From assembly GCF_006345805.1 (NCBI RefSeq), contig NC_042998.1, positions 140,244,001 through 140,308,000 of the forward strand: DNA of 64,000 nucleotides, in the 5' to 3' direction. Source of the stretch: Octopus sinensis (lineage: Eukaryota). Of the stretch, positions 52,489 through 64,000 are shown piece by piece (the stretch's first letter is position 1; each line of letters begins with the position of its first letter). A program made the translations under genes and the position numbers. A model generated the notes under the pieces. It was not told the DNA's origin and searched no databases. It saw nothing but the letters and a program-made list of their open reading frames with translations.

Positions 52489-52778
52489 TTGTTGTAAAGT
52501 ATACTACAGCGTACCTCGATTATCACGGGGGTTTGGCGCTCGATTATCACGTTTGGTGTAAACTATACTAAATGGTTCCTTGGATATTGCGGGGCTTTGA
52601 TGTAAAGTTTACTATATATTATTCCTCAGTTATCATGGGGGTTTGTTGTAAAGTATATGACATCGTTCTTCGATTATCATGGGAGTTTGGTGTAAAGTAT
52701 AACTACATCGTTCCTCGATTATCACGAAATTTGGGTGTAAAGTTTAGTACATTATTCCTCGATTATCACGGGATGTGA
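52489..52778 (+). repeat. ~45-bp minisatellite (6-7 units) resembling a Tigger TIR
   Basis: Unit TGTAAAGTAT..TACA...TTCCTCGATTATCACGGG..TTTG. Confidence 0.8.
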
Positions 52779-52779
52779 T

Positions 52780-53251
52780 AAAAAAAGAGAAAAAGAAACC
52801 CACATTGATAAATGAATCATCTCCAGACACTATGTAAATGGAACGAATAATAGATTCATTGACATCAACCTCGGCGCCCACAACAGCAAAGCTTCCACCA
52901 CCACGTACTTTATTGATCGTCTCTACCTTTTCTTGTAGAGAATAGATTCGTCTATGTCGCCTTGTTGAAATCAGACGTCTTCTTACTTTTTCTGTTCACT
53001 GGTTTCACTTTGGTGGGTACGAGTGCGTAAATCCGTATAAAAAGATTCGCAGCCTTGCAGTACGGTCATGTAAACACAAGCAGTAGTCAGTGCATGATGG
53101 GTGGTTGTTGGGAAATTTTTTTGCCGATACAGCACAATCTTCAACTGATCGCCGACCCGTATTATTACAGAACAATCCATGATAAGTGTAACATGGCTCA
53201 CAGTTATCCCGGATCAGTGATAAATGAATCGGTGATAAACGAAGCTACATG
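52780..53251 (-). mobile_element. Tigger/pogo fragment: TIR and N-terminal CENP-B-type HTH
   Basis: Minus-strand KKKVETINKVRGGGSFAVVGAEVDVNESIIRSI (~52845-52945). TIR-like TA|CATGTAGCTTCGTTTATCAC at 53232-53253. Confidence 0.7.
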
Positions 53252-54069
53252 TATTAAGAGCCCTGACCTAGTTAGCTTTAATTCAACTATGATATGATTC
53301 AAGGCTTTCCAGCCGTGGCTATACCTCCTTTTTTCCTATTATATATAGCACATACACTATTGTACCACTCAGTGTTTCCTTCCTGACATTTAAATGATAT
53401 TTTGGGTGATATTTTATCGTCCCCAGAAGGGATGAAAGGCAAAATTGAACCCAGCAGAATTTGAATTCATAACGTAAAACCGAAAAAAATGGCACAGAGC
53501 GTTTCGTCCGGCATACTAAAAATATGGATGGTGTCATTTGAATAGAAGTTAGGGTTCGATTTCGGGTCCGGGTTAGGGTTACACTGAAAGTATCAATCAA
53601 TTTATCATAAACGTTGTTTTTGAAATTTAATTGTGCCGCACTTTCACTCTGATATCGTCTGCTTTTGTTGAAATCCAAATTTTACAACATCTACTACCAA
53701 CACTGCTTATCTCTCCCAGCAATATTAGAATTTTAGAACTAATCCCCTTTGCTATCCAATTCATCGTTCACAGCGCGGAATTCGTACAAGCATTCTTGTA
53801 CTAAGACTTCGACGCTCTTGATAAAGAATTTGAATTCTTTGACATCTTCAATCCCACCACCCATGTCAGCTTTACGGCTCTATAGTTTTAATCATAAATA
53901 TTTATCTCTGTCCTAATCTCCATTGGCTTCTGTGATTGCCGTAGCCTCCATAGAACGATATAGTAAAGCTATCAACTGATAGGTGAAACACAGACACATT
54001 TAGAGTATCTCTTTTTATCTCCCCTTCTCTCTCATTTTCGCTCTTTACCTATCCAACTATCTGAATCTA

Positions 54070-54112
<43 letters not shown>

Positions 54113-54421
54113 CTTAACGGTATTTCTTCCGTCCTTACATTCTGATTTCAAATTCCGCCGTGGCCGACTTTACCTTTCATCCTTTCGCAGTCAATAAAAT
54201 AAATACCAGTTAAGCACCCTGGACGATGCAATCTACTTAACTACTCCTCGGAAAGAGTATAAAAACTGCGCTCCTCTGTCAACCATGTAAAACCAGTGTG
54301 GCACAATAACCTCATTGAGTCAGTATGATCTCAAGTTCAAATTCACGGCCTCCACATCAGAACGTGGTTGGTGAAGGGCATGCTAGGGCCTTCGTCCTAC
54401 AGTGAACAAAACACAGGCAAT

Positions 54422-54503
<82 letters not shown>

Positions 54504-54510
54504 TATATAT

Positions 54511-54559
<49 letters not shown>

Positions 54560-54567
<8 letters not shown>

Positions 54568-55465
54568 CAACATTGAGGGTAAAATTAATTAATTAATCAA
54601 TTTCCACCAAGTATTCAGTATGCAAAGGACCATTTAAGGCGAATTCAAATTATTACATTTATAAAAAAGGCTTAGTAAAATAAATTACTTTGCCGCATAC
54701 TGAACTCATTAGAAATAGCAGCTAAAAAAAACTTTTTTAAAAACTATTTCCAATACTTAAAGAAAACCTCTCTCATATAGTGTCTGCTCAATTCAACTCA
54801 CGCAAATATGGGGGTAGAGACATTAAAAAAAATCAAGTGCAAAGGTTATTTGAGAACGTACGTTTCAAGATTAGTCAAAATTCGACATTTCTATCATCAG
54901 CTCAGAACTCCCTGGTTTGGATTTGAAAACACTGAAAGTAGGAGCATACCCTTTCGGTTCCTCTCGCTTCTGAAGATCTGCTCGTAACTAACAGTGCCAA
55001 CAAACTCAAAAATGCAAGCGAAGAATTTCTGCTCTCCCCTTTCCACCAGCGTGGGTTAAAATCAGTAAAGACTATGCTTTTTTCGGTAAAATCCGCGGCA
55101 TTATATAGAGAGAGATGAATTATAATTTCAACAATTGAGGGTAAAATTAATTAATTAATCAATTTCACCAAGTATTCAGTATGCAAAGGGACCATTTAAG
55201 GCGAATTCAAATTATTACATTATATAAAAGGGCTATTAGAAAAAATGTACATCTTATTCAAAGACAATAATTCTTTGAATCAAAGAAGTGAGTTAATGAA
55301 CTTATGTAGGCACGCGGCTAAATTTAAAATGTCGAATATAAATATACCATATGGATAGAGTATATATTTTGTATTTTTGTATTTTTGATTTTTGATTTTG
55401 ATTTTGACTCTTGAGCGCTACGATGGATTTTGTTTCCAAGCTATGCGGATCTTAATCCGTATAGC
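54560..55465 (+). mobile_element. Penelope-like remnant: ~110-bp direct repeats plus a C-terminal coding fragment
   Basis: Direct repeats 54560-54672 and 55121-55235. 55230-55358 encodes LLEKMYILFKDNNSLNQRSELMNLCRHAAKFKM, like the PLE C-terminus (EK..I...LNKRSEL...CRH..KF). Hairpin at 55440-55465. Confidence 0.7.
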
Positions 55466-56368
55466 AAAGTCTTATGTTTCTACATATATATTAGGAAAAA
55501 CCTACAAACTTTGTTTTCATGTTATTGTATTGCATAGGATTACCTTGATTATTTTTATTACCTTGATTATTTATAAATGACCCAAAATAGGATGTTATAT
55601 TTTATTTTATATGTCTTTCGTATATATTTTTATTAATGCACCCATTTTTAAAAGCAATGTTTTTTTAAAAAAAAGCAATGTTGTCAAAATTAGAATGTTT
55701 ATATAAGTATGTGTATAGCAAAGCATATGTATTTGTAAGCATGCGTATCTGTGTATGTGTAAGTGAAAGTATGTTTGTGCTTAAGCACGACGGTATGTAT
55801 ATGTATCCATTCAAACTTGTGTATGTATACTGGTCTCTATAGATGCCAATAACATCGTTACACTGCTTATTTCGTTTTTTTCCCCACCCCTCCTTCGTTC
55901 CTTCTTCTCTCTTTCCCTTTCTTTCGTTCCCCCTCCTTGCTCAGTATATGAGAATTGCTACATAGATGAATTTTAGCTTGCGTGCGAGACGGTTTGCGTG
56001 AATATATGTACACATGCTTTTATGTGTATATTTAGACTTATATTCATACGTCTGTATATGTATGTATGGCGTTTACGCGCATCCTTTTGTGTATGTTGAT
56101 ATATATATGTAGATTTTAATATAAATATGTATTGCAGTATTTATAACAGGTTTAATTTCTATGCATTAATTTGCACTGTCTTCATTAACGTCAATAGGTT
56201 TTTTTCCTCGGATTTTATAATTTTTATAAGTTTTTATATATATATACATATATTTTTGACCTTTTTGTTTATCGCTCGAAGATTGACCGTTTTTTCTAAA
56301 GGGCCAATCAAACAAGTCCATTTCTTTTTAAAGGTGTAGCGTTTGTATACACACACACACACACTCAC

Positions 56369-56641
56369 ACATATATATATACACATATCAGCATAACATC
56401 TTAACTGCCTTGTATTTGCGATTTCCGTCTCATTTCTCTAGATTATTAAACCTGCAAGAAACAGAAACTGATCTAAACCCATTCCTCTACATTCTCAACA
56501 CCCTGGAGAATAAGTAAACGCAGCTTGTGGGGCCGCTTACCTGAATTATGTGCCAAAATCAATTATGAGTTTGTCTAGACAGCAATGAATTTTTTACAAT
56601 ATTTGAGGCGTTTAGTAACAGACCCATCGTAAGCTCCACAA
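56369..56641 (-). other. Candidate spliced non-coding/UTR exons (56641-56541 and 56451-56369) with an 89-nt intron
   Basis: Acceptor TTTTTCTCTGTTTTTAAG|, donor CAG|GTAAGC, acceptor TTTCTGTTTCTTGCAG|, donor GT|GTGAGT. Stops occur in all frames of the first exon. Confidence 0.35.
56442..56513 (+). CDS. Candidate isolated 72-nt phase-2/2 coding exon, product unknown
   Basis: Acceptor TCTCATTTCTCTAG|, donor AA|GTAAAC, open frame LLNLQETETDLNPFLYILNTLEN. It overlaps a competing minus-strand intron. Confidence 0.2.
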
Positions 56642-56956
56642 CTTAAAAACAGAGAAAAACACAATCAAAGTTTCGCGACTTTCAGAATGCGATATCTCAG
56701 CAATGAATGATGTTAGGAAGTTGGTTTCAGTCTTAAAATAACCGTGAAGGCCTCTTCTAATCATCCTATCTATGTAAAATTATTTATTTATGTATACATC
56801 TGAAAGATGAAACAATGACTGCGTCTTTCTCATTTTGTAGAATGTACTGGTACTACGAAACGGCGTATCGCATTGCATATTTTAGCCATAATACCTACAT
56901 AAAACATACAGAGACCCCACCAAAGTATTGTTTGTGTTTTAATATACCAGAGGTAC

Positions 56957-56970
56957 GTTACCATAGTAAC
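56957..56970. promoter_or_regulatory. RFX X-box motif
   Basis: GTTACCATAGTAAC fits the X-box consensus GTNRCC-N(0-3)-RGYAAC, in non-repetitive sequence. Confidence 0.4.
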
Positions 56971-57587
56971 GAGGAATATTAGAAAATGAGCAATAATATC
57001 TCTAAAAACGATACAGGGAACACAACAAAGTTATCGATTGAGCGTGTGAGCTTGCGAAGGTGTGTTACTAAACTCTCTAGTCCAAGTTTGGGTGAGTGAG
57101 CGTCGTGTCAATAGCATCGAGGTAAATTTTTTTCAGCCAGGTTTTCGACCTTATTGCAAGCCTCACCGGTTCTTCCTCCCAACCTCTTTTGATTCTAAAC
57201 GTCAAGATAAAGAAAATGATATACTAACCTCGAAATTGGCTAGGGTGGCGTTTACAACACTGTTACTAAACGCCTCATTTGAACTGTATTGAATTCTGAT
57301 GCCTGGAGGAATATTGACATCAAAGCCGGATTTATATGGAGGTGGTTGTGGCGGTGGGGACATTTTAAAAAAATCGAAAAAGTTAAAAACATAAATATTG
57401 GCGGTGGCTAAAAATTTGAAGATTTTCTTCTCTTTTTTTTGCAAAATTGAAATCTCCGTCATTGAAAATCGACATCTCCACCTGGGGATTGCAGAATGGA
57501 GTCCATGTTCCTACTTTTATTTTGTTTTCCATAATGACTACAAGTTGAACGAGGTATGGTGTTTTAGAAATCACTGTAAAAACTCAA

Positions 57588-57618
<31 letters not shown>

Positions 57619-57729
57619 CACATCCATCCATCCATCCATCCATCCATACATACATACATACATACATACATAATACATACATATATACATCCATCCATCC
57701 ATCCATCCATCCATCCATCCATACATACA

Positions 57730-57764
<35 letters not shown>

Positions 57765-57765
<1 letters not shown>

Positions 57766-58626
57766 TAGTGTAATAAATAAAATATATGCATACATACAAA
57801 CATATATGTACGTACCTACATCTACATGTATATATACATGCATATATAAATATATATACGTGAGTACATTGCTTTACCTTCCCTTCTCTCTCTCTCTCAC
57901 TCTTCCTCATCTCTCTCTCAGCCGCTTGTCTTCCTCTATCTCTCTATCTCTCACTCCTCCTCATCTTTGTCACTGCTAGCCTAAACTACTTCCTTTTATA
58001 CGCGGCCTTCAAACTGTAAAGACACACATTTGTGTTCCCATGCGCTGCCAGAATTTCCTCGTCTAAGCCAGAAAAAGGCCTTTTCGTTTGTTTTTCTTGT
58101 TTGATTTCTTGTTTATTTTTATTTCTCGTATTGTATTTTCTTGTACATGTATTTTTATCTTGTATTTTATTTTGTAGTTTTATTTGTATCGTTTTTACGT
58201 CCTGTTTGTGTTACATTTTTTTCTTGCTTGTTTTTACCCCTCTGCGAGGTAATTTTATTTTAATTCTCTCGTAGGAAGGACTAGTTTGGCGAGTCGTGTT
58301 CTGTCTTGCCTTCGAAACACGCTAGAGTCGAACTGGTGACAGCTGAGGAAGGGGATTTTTCCTTGTGTAGTATGTCTTGTACTCTGTTTTTCTGTTGTAA
58401 AAAATGGTTTTTCCGTTTTCGTTTCTCGTTGAGTTCTACGTCTCTGTTTTTCTGTTGTAAAAAAAATGGCTTTTCCGTTTTCGTTTCTCGTTGAGTTCTA
58501 CGTCTAGTTGTGGTGTCCTGTACTTACGTATATATATTTATATATGCATGTATATATACATGTAGATGTAGGTACGTACATATATGTTTGTATGTATGCA
58601 TATATTTTATTTATTTATTACACTAT
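57765..58626. mobile_element. ~100-bp inverted repeats enclosing a Penelope-like terminal segment
   Basis: Arms 57765-57868 and 58519-58626. The interior has a decayed hammerhead-like motif (~58265-58329) and a ~60-bp tandem duplication (58381-58503). Confidence 0.6.
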
Positions 58627-58696
58627 TGTTTGACAGCGCCCTCGCGTCGGTTCGATTCGATTCGTTCGCTTCGTTCCGTTCTCATTCTCCCAGCAC

Positions 58697-58734
<38 letters not shown>

Positions 58735-58743
58735 TATATATAG

Positions 58744-58774
<31 letters not shown>

Positions 58775-58874
58775 TATATTCAATAAGAATACAGTATATT
58801 GACTTTCGAATAAGTACTCTTGGTTGGGAAATGTCTAAAACCCTAAAGGTATTTTGACATTTAATAAGAGCGAT

Positions 58875-59404
58875 TATATATTATAAAGTAAGAGCAGGAA
58901 AAATTACATTGAAAAATCATCACAGAAGATATACGTCCAAAATAATGTATTAATAGATAGATATATAAATTTATAAAGTATGATTATTTAAGAAGTTTAA
59001 AATATCTTGCGATCGTTTCATGGATGTATTACCCTTCGAAATGAAATCTAAAATTGATAATTATTATTTGGTAATACATCCACTCGTCAGAGGGAAAAAT
59101 ATGTTGTTTAAATAAGTTTTTAAACAACATCTTTTTCATATATTTTAAAATAGCCTTCGTTTGACAACACGGAAATTCACCCGCTTTCTCTGACGAGTGG
59201 ATGTATTACCTAATAATGATTATCAATTTTAGATTTCATTTCGAAGGGTAATACATTCATGAAACGATCGTAAGATATTGTAAACTTCGGAATTAAATCA
59301 TATTTTATATATTTATATATATCTATACAGAATTATTTTGGACGTATATCTTCTGTGATGATCTTTTAATGTAATTTTTTCCTGCTCTTACTTTATAATA
59401 TATA
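58875..59404. mobile_element. Foldback with ~218-bp arms (Penelope-type inverted termini)
   Basis: Arms 58875-59092 and 59188-59404 are reverse complements. Confidence 0.88.
59187..59275 (+). ncRNA. Type-I hammerhead ribozyme motif with an intact catalytic core
   Basis: TCT-CTGACGA-GTGGATGTATTACC[36-nt loop]GGTAATACATTCAT-GAAA-CGATCG-TA/AGA; predicted cleavage after 59272. Confidence 0.75.
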
Positions 59405-59752
59405 TACATATATGTGTGTATGTGTGTGACTGAAACAAGTAAAAGGATAAAAGAATCAGTGGCGAATCGGGTATTCAGGCTGTTCGGCCTTACCCCTAGT
59501 ATAAATTTAGTAACATGAGCGTGTATTTGCAAGCTGATTTAATTTCTGCCAATATTGACTTCAATTATCTAATTTCAGCCAATAACTCGGGCTAGATACA
59601 TTAAAATAATTCATTTAGGACTAGAAGTGTTGGTGGAAAGCGTGAAATTCTTCGATGAGGCATATGTCTTATGTAAAATTTGTGATGAGCCTGAGAGACG
59701 CTGATACCTGGACTCGCCTGTGATGGATATATATATATATATATCTATATAA

Positions 59753-59792
<40 letters not shown>

Positions 59793-59949
59793 TGTATGTA
59801 TGTATGTATGGATGTATGTATGTATGTATGTATGTATGTATGTATGTATGTATGCATGTATGTATGTATATGTGTATGTGTCTGTCTGAGTCTGTGTGTA
59901 TATGATATAAAACATTATTTTCAATTCTTGCACACAAAAAATGGTTTAT

Positions 59950-60120
59950 ATAGGTATGGCTGTGTGGTTAAGAAGCCCGCTTTCAGATCATGTGGTTTAA
60001 GGTTCAGTCCCACTTCACGGCAACTTGGGCAATTATCTTCTATCAAAGTCCCAGGCTGACCAACGCTTTATGAGTGAATTTGGTAGGCGCAAACTATGTG
60101 GAAGCCGGTCACACACACAC

Positions 60121-60157
<37 letters not shown>

Positions 60158-60340
60158 ACTCACAGATATATGTATGAGTTTGACAACAGTTTGGTTTGTT
60201 TACGTCTCCGTAACTTAGCGGACCAACGAAAGAAAATGATAGTTAAAGTAGCAGAATTAAAAACAAGTAACGGAGTCGATTTATTGAACTTAACCCCAGC
60301 ACGGCCGTAGTCCAACGACTGAAACACGTGAAAGATATAA
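59950..60340 (+). mobile_element. Family-2 SINE (diverged)
   Basis: GGCTGTGTGGTTAAGAAG head and shared core/tail. Confidence 0.75.
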
Positions 60341-60804
60341 GGAATGAAACGAACAAGGCCAATGATTAGACGGAAGAGTTTTAAAGTCAAATTTATTCCT
60401 AATTAAGTCAATCAACGAGAGATAAATGACAAACTTTATTCCTGAACCGATACTAAATATTCAAGCGAAGTACATTTAGGAAGGGCCCCTACGGTTTATA
60501 CCAACCAGCCGACTTTAGTTAAGTACTAAATTATAATACTTAATACTAAATCAATGTTTGTTAAGCGATATAAAATACACAGGCTGTATAAACCCACACA
60601 AATCTCACTCCATTTCCTGTATTTATTCAACAACGCTTTATTTTTTCTTCGTATGTTGATGAAAGTATATTTGAAAAATTAATGTGCTTTTTAAAGTAAC
60701 TCTTTGGTGAATATATTTTTTTTAAAATCTTATATTTCTCATAAAACTTCCTTTCTATTTTACTAAACGTTTTTTATATGCTTACGTACGCTCACGAGCA
60801 CACA

Positions 60805-60855
<51 letters not shown>

Positions 60856-61117
60856 TGTATAAATGTGTGTGTGTTTTTGTGTGTGTCGTATGTATGTCTG
60901 TTAAGAGTCTGTTTATGTGATGTTTGTGCCTTTTGTTTGTATGATGTATGTTTGTTGTATCCACCTTCAAATATGAAAAAAAAACTATAAAATGAATATA
61001 TTTAATCCCCATAGTAAAATCTGTCCTCTCATATGTGCAGCTTTTGCTTCAAGCTACACCAACCCACCCACACTACACACACACTACACACACACACACA
61101 CACACACACAGACACAC

Positions 61118-61169
<52 letters not shown>

Positions 61170-61189
61170 CTTAACATGAAAAGATCACA

Positions 61190-61560
61190 AGGATAATTTC
61201 TCAGTCAACCCAAAGCGGGGACTCATCAAACCAATAATAACAATAATAAAAAAAAAAGAGCTAGAGATAATCTTCAAACACATTTTAGATTCTATGAATG
61301 CAAAAAGAAGACACATTACAAATTTTAAAAATTGGAAATGCGCCTGTGCTACTATCAAGTGGTTCAATAATATCGAAGATAAATCCAATTGCAGATTCAC
61401 CAGTTTGATATTGCAGAATACTAACAAAATTACACAAGCAATGAAGTTAATGTAATGGAACAACAATACATCTTTCATCGACTGTTTCAATGAAAGAACA
61501 AATAGTCGCATAAATTGACCTACTTTGGCGCTAAAAAAGTCTACCCATTGATTGGAAAAC
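61190..61560 (+). mobile_element. Penelope-like RT fragment
   Basis: Broken frames ..VNPK.., NWK....IKWFNNIEDKSNCRF..FDIAEY, matching the PLE RT motif (NQW.NT..VI.WF.NI..K..C.FI.FDI..FYPSI). Confidence 0.72.
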
Positions 61561-61623
61561 AGTTCCAAACAAAAGTACTGGATCATGGAAAAGATATGGT
61601 AACACCACTAGATAATAATAATA

Positions 61624-61664
<41 letters not shown>

Positions 61665-61911
61665 ACTAATAATAATAATAATAATATTCTATACGAAAAT
61701 GTCCTTTGTATTCTGCGACAGTTCTACCTGGGTAAAGAATGATAACGAAAATTTGCTCATTGATAGTGTGGATAGCTACGATGAAGCAAAGTTAAGTGAC
61801 TTAGTTGGTAATTCCGCCATTTTGTAATTTAATCATTTATAAAATAGAGCTTCATAGAGATGATGGCTTCGGAGTATCTCCACTCCGCCAAAAAACAAAA
61901 CAAAAAAAAAA

Positions 61912-62318
61912 CGAGTGGCTGTGTGGTAAGTAGCTTGCTTACGAACCACATGGTTCCGGGTTCAGTCCCACTGCGTGGCACCTTGGGCAAGTGTTTTCTA
62001 CTATAGCCTCGGGCCGACCAAAGCCTTGTGAGTGGATTTAGTAGACGGAAACTGAAAGAAACTCGTCGTATACATGTATATATATATGCGTGTATGTGTG
62101 TGTATGTTTGTGTATCTGTGTTTGTCCCCCCAACATCGCTTGACAACCGATGCTTGTGTGTTTACGTCCCCGTAACCTAGCGGTTCGGCAAAAGAGACTG
62201 ATAGAATAAGTACTAGGCTTACAAAGAATAAGTCCTGGGGTCGATTTGCTCGACTAAAAGGCGGTGCTCCAGCATGGCCACAGTCAGATGACTGAAACAA
62301 GTAAAAGAGTAAAGAGTA
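61912..62318 (+). mobile_element. Full-length family-2 (CORE-like) SINE
   Basis: GAGTGGCTGTGTGGTAAG...GGTTCAGTCCC...GGCACCTTGGGCAAGTG...ACTGAAACAAGTAAAAGAGTAAAGAG. Confidence 0.92.
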
Positions 62319-62789
62319 TGGATAGTTCTCCGTCGGCTTCGATGGTGAAGATTCCAGTTGTTTGAATTAACTGAAAGACTAAATTCTTTGCTCATTCAGT
62401 GAATTTACGTGTAAGCGGTTTAGCATCCCACAGACAGGTGTACTCTCAACGTAATTCTCAGGCTGTAGTTCAACAGATACAGCCTTGTCATATCTTTTGT
62501 CTCGTCTCGGTTCTGCCTGCAAACTTCTTTAAACGGTAGACACGTCTCTAGAGTGCTCAGCCACTTATATACGTCAATTCAGAGTCGAGTAATTCAGTCG
62601 ATTGAACAACTGAACTGAACTTCGTCAAAACTACAGAGATCCTTCAAGACCACTTCTTACATTTCCATGAAGGTAAAAATATGTATATGTGTAGGAGGAA
62701 GGACCTGTTATGTGTGCGGCGTGTATACACACACACACATCGTGTATACACACACACACACACACACCACACACACACACACACACACA

Positions 62790-63140
62790 TATATAAAGGG
62801 GTAAAGACCCCCTTCGGTCATGAATGACCATGGGATTGCACCTAGAAAGTTACCTTCCTAGACACAAGTCTGGGCAAGGTTGTTTATGGAAGACCAGCAG
62901 TCGCCCATGCATACCGGCCTCCCCTCTCCACGACACCAGTGTTATCCAAGGGAAAGACAAAGGTCGATACAGCTTGGCACCAGTGACGTCGCAACTCATT
63001 TCTACAGCTGAGTAAACTGGAGCAACGTGAAATAAAGTGCCTTGCTCAAGAACACAACACGCAGCCCGGTCCGGGATTCGAGCTCACAACCTCACGATCG
63101 TAAGCTCGACGCTCTAACCACTGAGCCATGCGCCTTCACC
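62790..63140 (-). mobile_element. SINE with family-4-like head and an RTE-type tail
   Basis: Head GGCGCATGGCTCAGTGGTTAGAG...GGTTGTGAGCTCGAATCCC; the tail differs from 44799-45046. Confidence 0.8.
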
Positions 63141-63189
63141 TGAGCCATGCGCCTATATATATATATATAGATAGATAGATAGATAGATA

Positions 63190-63510
63190 TGTTTCTTTAT
63201 TAGCCACACAGGGCTGCACACAGATAGAACAAAAACAAATTACAAGGTAGAGCTTTTCTTTTGAAGGTTAAAAAAAAAAAAAAAAAAGGAAGGGGGAGTT
63301 TCGATCAAAAGGGATCGTAAAAGGAGAGAAAGAGGACAAAAAAAGGGGGTTAAAAAAAAAGGGGAGAGGAAAAAAAATGATCAATAGGGATCGTTATCAC
63401 AGAAATGTCAATATGAAGTGTAAAGGGGAGGACAGGTGAGGTTTACCCGTGGAAAGAAAAGCCTACGGAAAAGACCACGGTAACCTCGGTCAATGGAGTC
63501 ACATGTTATA
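63190..63510 (-). mobile_element. LINE 3' UTR remnant (Tx1-like) whose end resembles SINE tail A
   Basis: Minus-strand ..TCTGTGTGCAGCCCTGTGTGGCTAATAAAGAAAC vs SINE ..TCTGTGTTTAGCCCCTTGTGGGTAGTAAAGAAATA. Confidence 0.5.
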
Positions 63511-63611
63511 TTTCTTTTTTTTTTTTTTGCGAATAAGCAACTCTCTGTTTTCAATTTCTGGGTTCATAGGATCATGCTCAAGGTGGCTTCGTCATTCATA
63601 CGTGCCATTCT

Positions 63612-63681
<70 letters not shown>

Positions 63682-63734
63682 TACATACATATATATGTAT
63701 GTATATATATTTGTATGCATATATCTATGAGTGC

Positions 63735-63950
63735 GTCTTTGTGTGTGTTTGTCCCCCACCCCCATTACCGCTTGATAATCAGTGTTAGTGTGTTTACGTC
63801 CCCGTAACTTAACCGTTTGGCAAAAAGACCGTTAGAGTAAGAACTAGGTTTAAAATAATAAGTCCTGGAATCGATTTGTTCAACTAAACCCCTCCAAGGC
63901 GGTGCTCCAGCATGGCCGTAGTCAAAAGACTGAAACAAGTAAAAGAGTAA
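63735..63950 (+). mobile_element. Family-2 SINE 3' half
   Basis: Shared tail. Confidence 0.8.
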
Positions 63951-64000
63951 GTACTGGGATCAATAGTATCGATTATACTCACCCACTTCTCCTTAAAAAT

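Noticed and set aside
52489-52778. CRISPR-like repeat array
   Set aside because: Units are contiguous and diverged with no unique spacers, there are no cas genes, and the context is eukaryotic.
61185-61586. 133-aa hydrophobic minus-strand ORF as a membrane protein
   Set aside because: It is the antisense of an A-rich Penelope-like RT fragment.

Overview
This is an AT-rich, extremely repeat-dense eukaryotic window. Its tRNA-derived SINE families, microsatellite load and decayed LINEs suggest an octopus/cephalopod genome (inference, no database search). No intact protein-coding gene can be supported, and almost every ORF in the supplied track is a simple-repeat or SINE artefact. Recognisable content: dozens of SINEs in at least 4 head/core/tail combinations, including tandem arrays; fragments of R4/Dong-like, RTE, CR1/L2-like and Tx1-like LINEs; Penelope-like (PLE) RT and C-terminal fragments; decayed mariner and Tigger/pogo transposases; and many MITE/foldback elements. 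The most striking signals are: (i) PLE-type hammerhead-ribozyme motifs, mostly inside inverted repeats, including one with an intact core (59187-59275) and one whose two halves are split between inverted copies; (ii) a foldback MITE carrying a TTAGGG core; (iii) SINE arrays at three loci that share one junction; (iv) a minisatellite built from a transposon TIR; (v) a cluster of splice signals next to an RFX X-box at 56.4-57.3 kb. Coordinates were read by eye; ends of diffuse repeats are approximate.
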